NCBI GenBank assembly: GCA_028534125.1
Contig: CM052832.1
Location: 11,534,001 to 11,598,000, forward strand
Reading direction: 5' to 3'
Length of the DNA: 64,000 bases
Source of the DNA: Lama glama
Taxonomy: Eukaryota
Positions within the stretch are counted from its first letter, which is position 1. The number at the start of each line of letters is the position of its first letter. The notes below the pieces were generated by a model. That model did not search any database and was not told the DNA's origin. It saw only the letters and a list, made by a program, of their open reading frames with translations. A program made the position numbers and the translations under genes. Positions 14,364 to 25,040 of the stretch are shown piece after piece.

Positions 14364-16559
14364 TGCTATAGATTGAATGTTTGCATCTCTCAAAATTCAT
14401 ATGTTGAAATTTAATCCCCATTGTGACATCATTAAGGGGTGGAGCCTTTGGGTTAATTTGGTCATGAGGATGGTGCCCTCAAGAATGGGAAGTACCCTTA
14501 AAAGAAGAGGCAGAGAGAGCTCGCTCCCCCTCTTTCTATCTGCCACCCAGCAGGTGGCTCTCTCCAGAACACAATCAAGCTAGCACCCTAGTCTCAGATG
14601 TCCAGCCTCCAGAACTGTGAGAAGTGAATTTCCATCATTTAAAAGCCACTCAGCCTATGTGCTTCATTACAGCAGTCCAAAGTGACTAAGCCAGAAATTA
14701 GTGCCAGAAGTGGGGTGTTACTGTAACAAATGCTTAAAAATGTAGATGAGGCTTTGGAACCAGGTAGTAGGTAGAGGCTGGAAGAATTTTGAAGTGCATG
14801 CTAGAAGACTCAGAGATTGTCATGAATGGACTTTTAAAAGCAGTTCTGGAGAGGGCTCAGAAAGACAAGAGAACAGTGTAGAGAAAGCTTCCATCTTCTT
14901 AGAGAATACATGAGTAATCATGTAGAGAATGTTGGTAGAACTATGGACAGTAAAGGCTATTCTGATGATGTCTCAGACAAAAATGAGGAACATGTTATTG
15001 GACGATGAAGAAAAGGTGATCTTGAGGGGGAGGGTGTAGCTCAGTTGTGGAGTGTGCGCTTAACATGCACAAGGTCCTAGGTTCAATCTCCCGACCTCTG
15101 TTAAAAGATAAACAAATAAACGAACGAACAAACCTAGTTCCCTCTCCCCAGAATTAATTAAGTAATTAATTTTTAAAAAGAAACAGTGACCTTATTATAA
15201 AGTGACAAAGAACTCAGCTGAGTTGTGCTCATGTTCTAGCGTTCGGTGGAAGGAAGTACTTGCATGCGAGTGATAAAATTGGACATTTAGCTGAGGAGAT
15301 TTCTAAGCAAAGTGCTGAAGGAGTGGCTTGGCTCCTCCTGACTATTGACAGTAAAATAGAAGAGAGAAATGACTTGAAGACGGAATTACTAAGCCAAAAG
15401 GAACAAGAACGTAGAGATTTGAAAATTCTCGGCCTATCCATATTGCAAAACAAATGAGAAAACATCTTAGAAGAGAACGCTAGGAGATTAGTGTGGATGT
15501 GCATCCCGAATTTCACCAGCTACCCCAGCAGGACAACTGCCAGACTGAACTGAAGGGAAGGAGATGGGAAAGGATAAAGGAAGGCCAGCGGATTTCTTGG
15601 ATCTCTCAGCACAGGAGTCTCGAGCTGTTCTGTGAACTTGCACTATTCTTCAGGACAAGAGAAGAATGACCCCAAAGGCAATTCAGAGATGATTACAACT
15701 GCCTGCTCCTTTTCAAAAGTGGGGACTGTAGCCTTGCTTTCAACAGGCCAGACCGCCTCTGCCCAACTGTGGGGGCAGCGTTGTTCAGGAGAACCATGCG
15801 GGCAGGACCTGGACCTCCAACCCAGGGGGTCCAGAAGACTGGACCTTCATCCCAGCAAGTCCTGAGTGTTTGCAAGCCTTAAGACTTCACAGAGTCTACA
15901 TTGTGAAGTTTTGGATTTGCTTGGGACCTGTCACTCCCTCCTTCTTTCCTGTTTCTCCCTTTTGGAATGGAAATGTCTATCCTATGCTTGTCCCATCATT
16001 GTATTTTGGAGACACCTAACGTGTCTTGTTTTACAGATTCACAGCTGCCTTAGAATGAATCGTACCTCAAGCCTCACTCATATTGGATTTAGATGAAATT
16101 TTGGACTTTATAGAGTTGAGGCTGGCACAAGTTAGGGGCAGGTGGAATGGAATGAATGTGCTTTAAAGGAGAAGGGTATGAATTTGGTGGCAGGGTTTTT
16201 GTGGGGAACAGTAAGGTCAGGGCAGAATGTTATGAACTGAATGTGTCCTCCAAAAATTCATATGTTGAAATCTAACCTCCAATGTGATGGTATTAAGAGG
16301 TGGGCCTTTGGAGGAGGTGAGCCTTTAGGTCATGAGTGTGCGGCCCTCATGAATGGGGTTAGTGCCCTGATACGAAGAGGCCAGAGAGCTGGCTCACCCT
16401 CCTTCTACCATAAGAGAACACTATGACAATTTGGGGGTCTTGACCATGCTGACACCCTATCTCAGACTTCCAGCCTCTAGAACAGTGAGAAATAAATTCC
16501 TCTTGTTGAAGCCATCCAACCTATGGTATTCTGTTATGGCAGCTTGAACTAACTAATCA
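14364..16559 (+). mobile_element. Full-structure MaLR provirus (MLT1A-like): LTR 14364-14693, internal region, LTR 16228-16559
   Basis: Two similar TG...CA LTRs (tgctatagattgaatgt / tgttatgaactgaatgt, both followed by aaaattcatatgttgaaat). MaLR internal start gaaattagtgccagaagtgggg. Perfect 5-bp target-site duplication CCATC at 14359-14363 and 16560-16564. Confidence 0.9.
15024..15177 (+). mobile_element. tRNA-derived SINE (camelid Vic-1-like) nested in the MaLR internal region
   Basis: Head gggggagggtgtagctcag...ggttcaatc (A and B boxes), A-rich tail, and an imperfect 16-bp TSD aagaaaaggtgatctt / aagaaacagtgacctt. Confidence 0.85.
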
Positions 16560-16580
16560 CCATCCACAACAGAGGATTCT

Positions 16581-16960
16581 TGTCATAGTCAGCTTCAGCT
16601 GCCATAACAAAATACTGTGAACTAAGCAGCTTAAACAACAGGAATGTACTTATTTCTCACAGTTCTGGAGGCTGAGATGTCCCACATCAAAGTCCAGCAG
16701 GATCAGTTTCTGGTAAGAACCCTTTTTCTGGTTTCCAGACAGCCACCTCCTCACTGTGATCTTACATGGTAGAAACACAGCTCTGATGGCTCATCCTCTT
16801 CTTATAAGGGCATCAGTCCTATTATGCGGGTCCCACCTCATGACCTCATCAAAACTAATTCCCTACCATAAGGCCCCATCTCCAAGTACCATCATCACAT
16901 TGGGGATTAGATTTCAACATAGGATTTTTGGGGAGACACAAACTTTCAGTCCACACAGCT
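16581..16960 (-). mobile_element. MaLR solo LTR (MLT1A-like), antisense to KIF6
   Basis: gctgccataacaaaatac...cttaaacaacag...ttctcacagttctggaggctg...acattggggattagatttcaacat. Confidence 0.85.
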
Positions 16961-17037
16961 CCTAAATAGAAACCCTAAATTTCTCTTTTGTCCACCTCCT
17001 CCCATACCTTCTCCTTTCGTTGGTTTGTCTTTCACAG

Positions 17038-17127
17038 TGATGTGTATACCAGGAAGATCCTGCCCTCGCCTGGCCCACTCCTGCACAGCCAGGAGCAGAG
17101 CAGCACAGGCACCCACCTGGAAGACAG
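17038..17127 (+). CDS. KIF6: KIF6 coding exon (90 bp): DVYTRKILPSPGPLLHSQEQSSTGTHLED(S)
   Basis: Long polypyrimidine tract plus cacag acceptor, donor gtctgt. Resembles human DVNARKILPSPCPSPHSQKQSSTSTPLED. Phase 2/2 fits. Confidence 0.88.
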
Positions 17128-18692
17128 GTCTGTGCTCTTCTCCCTCTGACGCCGGTGATGCCCCTGCAGTGGGTACGATGGGCTGACATCGCCACAGCCC
17201 AGGGAGCCCCTTGTGCAATGGCCTCACAGACAGAGCCCAGGGTGACCCCCGCCCTGGTACCCCAGGAATTCCCTGGAATCTCTCCCAGAGCCAGGGAATT
17301 TTCTTCTGGGGTCGCTGGGCCCTCAGGCTGGCAGACTTGCTTCACATATCCTTGTAAATAGACAGACGTGGGGCCATTAAAGCAGAGAAGAGCCGGCCCA
17401 GGGCGGGGTCCACCACAGCCCAGAGTCCCCACGCAGGGAAGGGCGCAGAGTTGACAAGCTGGCCTCAGGCCTGTGAGCCCATCGCTCCAGGCTGTGCAAA
17501 GCTGACGAGGCCCCTCCCCGGCGTGCCCTCTCTGTGCCCCTGACTAGGATGCCTGCATACCCTTCTTCATCTGCAGACCCTGATCTTCTCCCCAGGCCAT
17601 CCAAGGGTGAATTCCAACCTCCATCCCTCCACAACCCCAGACAGAATGTACAGCTCCCACCCAGCTCCCTGGCCCCCCTGCCACACCCCTGCTCTGGCAC
17701 TTCTCACTGAGTGCGGCTAGAATGGCAGAACTGCGTGTGCCCCTTCATTATATGCAATCCCCGCTGCCTTCCAAGGGACTGGATGCTGTCGCCTGCTGTG
17801 GGGAGTGATGGGTGTGAGGACGGACACTTTGCCGAGCCAGGAGGGTGCCTTGCTTTAAATTTTCTTTTAAGGGGGATTTTCACATAGGAGTTGGATGAGA
17901 AAGAGGAGGGAGAAGGAGACATGTATCCCTCCCTTTGTAAGGGGATTTCCCTCTTAAGAGGATTTCACTTCTTACAGATTTTATTGGCCAGAACCTGGTC
18001 ACCTGGCCACACACAGCTGCAAAGAAGGAAATGGAGTTTTTTTTAAGTTGCTACAACTTAATCAGCTAAGAATTATGGTTCTGTTTTTAAGGAGAGAGAG
18101 GAGAAGAGTTATCTCTGCCTCAGGAGCGATAAGCTAAGCTACGGCTGGGGGGCTGGGGGGGATGGGGACACAGTGGGTACACATCCTAAAGGATATGACA
18201 TCTAAAGAGATAGTCAGGCCCCGGGTAGAATGGGCTTGGTTTGGGTAAGTTGGGGGTCGGGGTGGAAAAGGTGCTGAGAGAAAGCACATTCAGCCATGGA
18301 AAGTTCTTGGGGGAGGGCAACCCAGGAAGAGGAGACAGCAAGCCGAAGGGCCTGAGGCCAGAAGGAACTTGGTGTATTCTAGTGACAGGAAGAAGGTCAG
18401 GATGGCCGGAGCACAGTGAACCGGCCCAGGTCACACAGAGACAGAGTTTGAATTTCATTCCAAGAATGATGAGAAGCCACTAAGGGTTTGAGCCAAAAGA
18501 CCAGGGGGCACATGCCACATTTGCATGTAGAAGGATTGCCATGGGGGCTGCAGAGGAGAAGGGGGCTGAGGAGGCGGCAGAGGGCAGTTGCTGGATGAGA
18601 TCCAGTCACTGAACACAGAAAAGCAGTTTGGAAAGGTAAGCACAGGGGCCGAACATAAGGCATAGTAATGTGTGACCTGTGGTTGTCCTCAG

Positions 18693-18799
18693 CATCGCCA
18701 AGAGGCCAGTGTCATCCGTCCCTCTGACTGGGGACAGCCAGACAGACTCTGATATCCTGGCATTCATCAAGGCCAGACAGAGCATTCTGCAGAGGACAG
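18693..18799 (+). CDS. KIF6: KIF6 penultimate coding exon (107 bp): IAKRPVSSVPLTGDSQTDSDILAFIKARQSILQRT(G)
   Basis: Acceptor gtcctcag, donor gtaagt. Contains the conserved KIF6 tail motif PLTGDSQTDSDI.AFIKARQSILQ. Confidence 0.95.
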
Positions 18800-20859
18800 G
18801 TAAGTGCCCCTTTCCCCAGAAGGCAGCATCAGAAACACCAAGACAGGCCAAGCGGGTGGCCGGCCCAGGTGCCCCCGCCCTGCTGGGCAAAGCCCCTGTC
18901 CCTTCTCCACAAGGGGCTGGCTGGCCCGGGTGCCCCTGCCCCTCCTCCGAATCTTCAGCTCCTTTTGTTGCCGGCTCCCCTCTGCTCAGCCCTCTCCAAG
19001 CAGGAAGGGGCTGAGTGATGGTTTGATAACTTGTTTAACCCCGGCCAATGATAGGTATGGACACAGAACAATACTAAACAGACAGTCAGTGAATCAACAC
19101 TGTATTTATTAGGCACCTTCTGTATGCCAGGCATGAGGCTGAAGGGCCCACAAGTACAGCCCACTTCTCAGGCCTCCCCATCAGGCAAACACACAGGCGG
19201 GGGCACAGGCACCTTCCCCAGCCAAAGCAAACACTCCCTCTGCCCGGCCCTGGGCCCCTGTGCTCTTAATTTGGCAGCTGTCTGACTGGGCTTCCTCAGA
19301 AGTGCTCGTTACGGGGAATTTGTGACTGTCAGCCTGGGAGCAGGAGCCCAGAAGGGGTGATTTAACACAAACCTCACCCGCCAGCTCTTAGGCTTCACTG
19401 GTGGCCGGGATGAATCTACTTGATTTAGGATTCATGGAAAAGCCGTGGAACGTTCAAGTCCCTGCTAGGGGCACCTGTGGACAGGTATATCTCCCCCTTA
19501 TGGGGCGTTAGTCATCCTTGGTGTCGAGTCTGCTGCTTCTAACTGCCAACAATGGGTTGAAAATCTGAGAAAATGAGATTAACCCCTTTTTAGAGTGCTT
19601 TTTTTTTAATCTTCCTTAATCCCTGTGTTTGGAAGTATTTGCATCTGGACAGGAACCTTGGTGTGACCCCTGTGACCACAGCGCCCTCTTCTCTAGCTGG
19701 TGTCAGGAAGAGTTTCTATCCGAGGGCCCTAAACCCCGTCCCCCCACCTCACCACCTCCACTCTGAGAAACCCTCTGGCTCTCCCCTTCGGTCAGGAACC
19801 CTCTCAGCAAAACAGAAAGAACACAGATCTGGGAGGGAGGACTCCCAGACACCAGGGCTCTCTCTGCCCTGGGTGACTTTGGGCAGGTCACCTCCTCCAG
19901 CCTCCCTCTCACGTCTGTCAAGTTCAGATTCCAGGGTGGTCAGCCTCTCCTGACCTGAGATAACGTCCATAAAAGTCCCTCATGCACTGCCGAGCACCAG
20001 GGAGCCGTCAGCAGGAAAGTCGGCCTCTGCGGTGAGAGTTTGTCCAATACGGTGAGGTGCGATTTTTTTTAAATGGTGTGGCAGTAACCTCCACTCTGGG
20101 AATCTACAGTCCCAAAACCCCAATACAGACTGACAGCTCCATCACTTAACTAAGGTTCGTAAAATAAAGAATATTTTGGGTGGAGGTCTGTGTCTGTGAG
20201 GAGCTGTGTCTTGGGGTATGGTGCCCTCTGAGCCCAGCCCTGCGCCATTTCTTTTCAGCCCCACCCCTACCCTAGTCATCTCCGCAGGCAAGTTGCGGGG
20301 GCAGTGACGGTCTGAGGGTGGGAGCTGGCTCAGACACCATGCTCCTCACCACTTATCCTGGCCCAGGATGCTTGCCATGGTGCAGAGGAGGCATCAGACC
20401 TGTGACTTAAGCAGCTACCACATGCCTGGTGGTCCCCAGCACCCACCCTCGCCAGTGTTCGGAATAGAGAGATAAAAGCAATGGAGTTCAGCCCTGGCTA
20501 TTCATTGGAAACACCTGGGCCCACTGACGAGCTCCTGATTTAATCCTTCCTGGGAGTGGCTGGATATGAGGATTCCTTACAGCTCCCCAGGGGTTCCAGT
20601 GTGCAGCAGAGCTGGGAACCATGGGTCCAGGCTGACTGGAACACATCGCCTTCTCATATGCCACTGTGTGATGTTCTTTCTTCCTGTCCTAGGCTTCAAT
20701 TAGGACAGCTAGGAATGGCTTAAAACTAGGACCCCCTCCACTTAATTAAACAGTGAGGCCAGCCTGAGGTCTTGCGCACAGAACTTGACCTGAAGGACCA
20801 AGGACCTTGAATTGTTTTCTACCTCCTCCCCGTTTCCTCCCACATTCAACATGTCACAG

Positions 20860-20976
20860 GGGAAGGTAGAGCTCAGTGGTAGAGTGTGTTCAATTAGCAT
20901 GCCCGAGGTCCTGGGTTTAATTCCCCAGTACCACAGTTTAAAATAAACCTAATTACTTCCCTGCCCCCCAAACAAG
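20860..20976 (+). mobile_element. tRNA-derived SINE (camelid Vic-1-like)
   Basis: ggggaaggtagagctcagtggtagag...gaggtcctgggtttaattccccagtacc, tail aaataaacctaattac, TSD tgtcacag on both sides. Confidence 0.85.
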
Positions 20977-21839
20977 TGTCACAGAGAATTACCGATTGTC
21001 CCTCAGCAACAGCAAGCAGACCAGGCCCACACTCCTTCACAGCCAGGTTCCAGACGGCTGCAGCTTTCTCACCCCTCAGTCTCGCTGCAGTTTTTTTAAA
21101 CAGTGTTCTTTACACAAGAATCTTCAGAAATTCCCTTTTGCTCTTATTATAACAGCCAGGCTTTAAGCAAATGAACTGTATGTCACTTATTCCAGTCCTC
21201 ACACTTTTCTGGTCCAGTAAGTCTGGGTGGGACCCAGGATTCTGCATTTCTTAACAAGCTCCCAGGGGATGCCAGTACTGCTGGCCCATGGACCACAAAG
21301 CATGAAGCCACTCTAGGGGCCTTGCTTTTTCCAGGTACCTCATCTGCTTCAGTGATTTGGAAATGAGGAAAATAAGGCCCAGAGAATGAACATGATTTGC
21401 CCAAAGTCACACCACTGGTTGGGGACCATCCTACCTAGAACCCAGGGGCCCTGGATCTTAGTCCAGAGAACCCTCCTCCACAAGACAACAGGATGGGGTC
21501 ACATGGTCAGGAGGAACCATCCCATAATATGATGAATATCTGGAGCAAAATGCCAGGAGAGACTCTCTTGGAGAATTAAGCAGGAGTGTCAGTGACAGCA
21601 GTGAAAACTGTGGGGTTGGGGGATGACTTGGTCCTGGCTCAGGGAGATGAAACTTTTGCAAACGGCAAAGGAGGCACTTAGGGAGTGAATGCAGCCCCTG
21701 GGAGTCAGGCCCTGAGAGGTGCACGGGGCAGGCGGCCAAGACCCAGGGGGAGTGGCCTGCAGCCCCCTCCCCTAGCCCTCCGTGGGGAGAAGTCCGTGCC
21801 CCACACACAACCTAACCAAGAGCACCTGTCTCCTTTCAG

Positions 21840-21850
21840 GCTGCCAGTAA
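21840..21850 (+). CDS. KIF6: Probable KIF6 terminal coding exon: (G)CQ-stop, followed by 3' UTR
   Basis: Strong acceptor ctgtctcctttcag at 21826-21839. Phase-1 join gives GGC TGC CAG TAA. Human KIF6 likewise ends with a few residues in its last exon. AATAAA lies downstream at 22763. Confidence 0.65.
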
Positions 21851-22762
21851 GCATCCGCCCGCCGTGCATTCCAGCAGCAAGACCTGAGTACAGACGAAGG
21901 CGCCTCCTCTCACTCACCCTGGCTTCAGAAGCGACCTGTGGGCCACTGGGAGCAGCTGGTGACTTTGATTCCAGTGGAGGGCAATATGTTTCTCTAAAGA
22001 TGGTGTCTGGAGGCTGCCAGGGAGGCTGGGGCCGGGCTTAGAGTACCATCCTCTCTGTGGCTGCTGGAGCTGTGGGCCAGGCAGGCCAGGCTGCTAGGGG
22101 TGGGACAAGGGCTTCAGCTGACTCTCGTGCTGTTTCACATAGATGACTATAAACCTTTGAGATTATGAAATAATCTGTAGTGGCGGGGGAAGCTCGCATG
22201 GGTAGAATGAGGGGGGATAATAATGGGTTATTTTTAGCTATTTACCAGCCCACTCCCTTGCCCCACCCCCTGGTTTAAAAGCCCAGGAATGACTGGGGCA
22301 GGCCAGGCAGCAGGTCAGAGCCAAAGACAAGGCAGTGGAACGCTGGGCGTCATGATGGTCAGTCCCAGTCTCCCAGACCAGACCCTCCAGCACCACCTCA
22401 TGGACCGATACCTGAATTAGCTGTATCTCCAGAGAGCCACCCACACTGCAGGATCTCAGGGCTTGGCAGCACTCACAGAGCAGGGACAGAGAGCTGAGGG
22501 GGCAGTTGTGGGTGCCTCGGGCCTCACCCTCAGCCCCTTGGGGCTCTGGAGGATGGGGGCTGAAACTCCCCACTCCCTTGGGGGGAAACACAGCTGAGGG
22601 GGGTCTTGTCTCACTGAGCCCTCTCAGTACCCCAGGCACACGCCAGTGGAGGGTGGGTAGCCCCCAGGAGGCCCTTGGGGCCCTGCCACCCGCCTCAGGG
22701 CGCTGGCAGCCAGGCTCCAAGCTGGAGGGCGGGGGCATGGCACCTGGAAATGAAGCTAACTG

Positions 22763-22768
22763 AATAAA
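22763..22768 (+). terminator. Candidate KIF6 poly(A) signal AATAAA
   Basis: First canonical hexamer I found after the proposed stop at 21850, followed by U/C-rich sequence. Confidence 0.45.
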
Positions 22769-24092
22769 AGAGCTTGTCCACTGCTCCTGCTATCTCTGTC
22801 CCATTAAGTACAGGCCCTCACTGCCCTGGAGAGAGAGCAGAGACAGGAAACAGTGTAATGCGCCTCGGCCTCCACCCCTTTTCAGGACTGGGTATTAAGT
22901 CATGTGGGAGCAGCGAGATCAATTCATTTCAAAGCTAGACTCACTCAAAGAGCTCCTTTAACCCACACCCTCATCTATATCATTAGAAAACTGATGCGAA
23001 GGGAGGACCTGGTTGTTAATATACAGCCAGTTAGTGGCAAATGTCCCCTCCTCAGGGGGCTTTCCCTGATCACCCCAACTAGAGTGGTCATGGTCACTCT
23101 CTATCCCATCACTCTGTTCTAGCTTTTCTCATCACTACCTGACATATCTTTCTTTATTTGCTTATTTTGTAATGGCCTGCAAACTAGCCCCCCACCAAGA
23201 CTAAAAGCCCCGTGACAACAGGGACCTGTCTGCCCTGCTCCTCACTGTGTCCCCAGCGTGAGTTGGTCCTCAGTTAATGAATGGCAGAGTCAGAACCTGG
23301 ACTTCCTGTCTCTTAGGCTCCCGTAACTTCACTCTGGTTCTGTGTCTGAGGCCCATGGGGCATTCCGGCCCTCACAGCTCTGTGGCACACAATCCTCAGG
23401 AAATCCTATAGAACCAGGGGGAGGCCAAATAGCCTGATTCTAGAAGCCTTCCCAAGGGTCCACGGAGCACACAGATACACGCACTCCCAAGAACCCTGAT
23501 GGTGGTGTGAAATCAGCCAGAGACCCCCCGAAGCAGCCTCAGCGTCCTAGCGCACCGCAGTGCTCCGGTGGTCTGGAGCTGGTTAAGGGTCCATCGACTG
23601 CGGCTCTCCTACGGAGGAGTTATCTCCCAGATCCAAAGGCCTTGTTGACAGGGATATGTGGTGTGGCCCCATGCAGGGTGCGAACAGCCTCCCGGAGAGA
23701 TCACTAAGGCGGGAGAGGAAGTGAGGAAGAGAAACAGACAGCTCCCAAAGTTAGCCTCACACGTGGACACGTGCTCCTCTACAGTGTGTCTTCCCCACAG
23801 CTCTTTGGCCCCTACCAGTGAGAGAAATGGATGAAATGTTCTGAAAAGATACTCAGCAATCTACCTGGGCTCTGCCATGAGGTCCAGAGTATCTGAGTTC
23901 ACTCCAGGCCAAAAGGTGGAGCTTTCCCAAAAAGTCTTCCAGAAAGCAGCCTGGCCAGTGACCCCAGCGCCGTCCCTACTAGAATTCAGTCGGCTCCGCC
24001 GTTCGCGTGACAGGGAAGGGTTAGGAGAAGGGTAGTTCGGGATGTGGCTTTCTCAGACCTTGAAAAGGGGAACTTGTAGAAACAGAGAAACT

Positions 24093-24561
24093 GTGGTAGC
24101 TTGAATAACTAGTCTTAATTCTTCACCCCCTGTGATAGAATTATACGTCCAAAGTTTGCCATGGGGGCAGAATATACTTCCTTACCCCTTAAATTTGGGC
24201 TTGGCCCTGTGGCTTGCTTTGGTCAGTGGGATGTTGGCAGATATGGGACATCTTGAAATGTGCTTGCACGGTTGGGCTTGCCTCTTGCATCTGCTTGAGC
24301 AGATATTCCCTGGGCAGGTGCTGCCCCTTCAGCCCATATCCCAGAACATACAGCAAGCAGACCTGAGCCCAGCCTGCAGCCTGGAGCCAAGCCCAGGAGA
24401 CCTGGAGCAGAGTTTCCCCATCAAGGCCAGGCCAGATCAGCGGAGCCCCAGCTGACCCAAAGACCCACTCCCGTGTGAATACATGGTTTGTCATCATTAG
24501 CCACTGAGACTCGGGGTGGTTGGTTATGAGGCATTACTTGTAGCAATAGCTAACTGTTACA
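24093..24561 (+). mobile_element. Old MaLR LTR (MLT1H/J-like)
   Basis: Starts tgtggtag...aattcttcacccc; internal ggcttggccctgtggcttgctttggtcagtgg; ends ttagccactgagactcggggtggttggtta...tagcaatagctaactgttaca. Confidence 0.7.
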
Positions 24562-24830
24562 GAGATTTAAATCCAGAGACAGTACATGACTAGACCCAGC
24601 ATTCCTCAGTGTTCGTCCCATCCCTCCATGCTGCCTATTGTAAGGCAGTATATGAAAAAGTGGGATTGTCACTTATGACCATGATAGAGCAACAGGGACC
24701 TGATTTACCCTCCTGCTCTAAACAACTGAAGACTAGACACATGGGTAAAATAATGGTTTTCAGACACTGGAGCAAAGGCAGGACAGGACATTGATCCCCA
24801 GGAGAAGAGAAACGAGTGAGCCCTGTAATT

Positions 24831-25040
24831 GCCCGTGTGCAGGGCCAGCCGGCAGTCACGGCCATAGCTTCCTGTCTGGAGCACCTGTGTGTCTCTACCT
24901 GAAGGTTCTCTGTGCCCCCAGGGGCTCTCAGCCTGTATGCAGGGCCAGCCGGCAGGCACGGCCATAGCTTCCTGTCCGTAGCATCTATGTGTCTTTACCT
25001 GAAGGTTCTCTGTGCCCCCAGGAGCTCTCAGCCCGTGTGC
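24831..25040 (+). repeat. 100-bp tandem duplication (~2.1 copies)
   Basis: agggccagccggcag at 24841 and 24941; gaaggttctctgtgccccca at 24901 and 25001. Confidence 0.95.

Noticed and set aside
15026..15100. tRNA gene calls here and at 20860-20930
   Set aside because: The cloverleafs are degenerate and carry SINE tails and TSDs, so these are SINEs, not tRNA genes.
15260..15457. Coiled-coil-like ORF as an additional KIF6 exon
   Set aside because: It lies in the MaLR internal region and is a decayed retroelement ORF remnant.
24831..25040. CRISPR-like or prokaryotic defence arrays (also 53705-53951 and 62668-62855)
   Set aside because: The units are contiguous with no unique spacers, there are no cas-like ORFs, and the context is eukaryotic.
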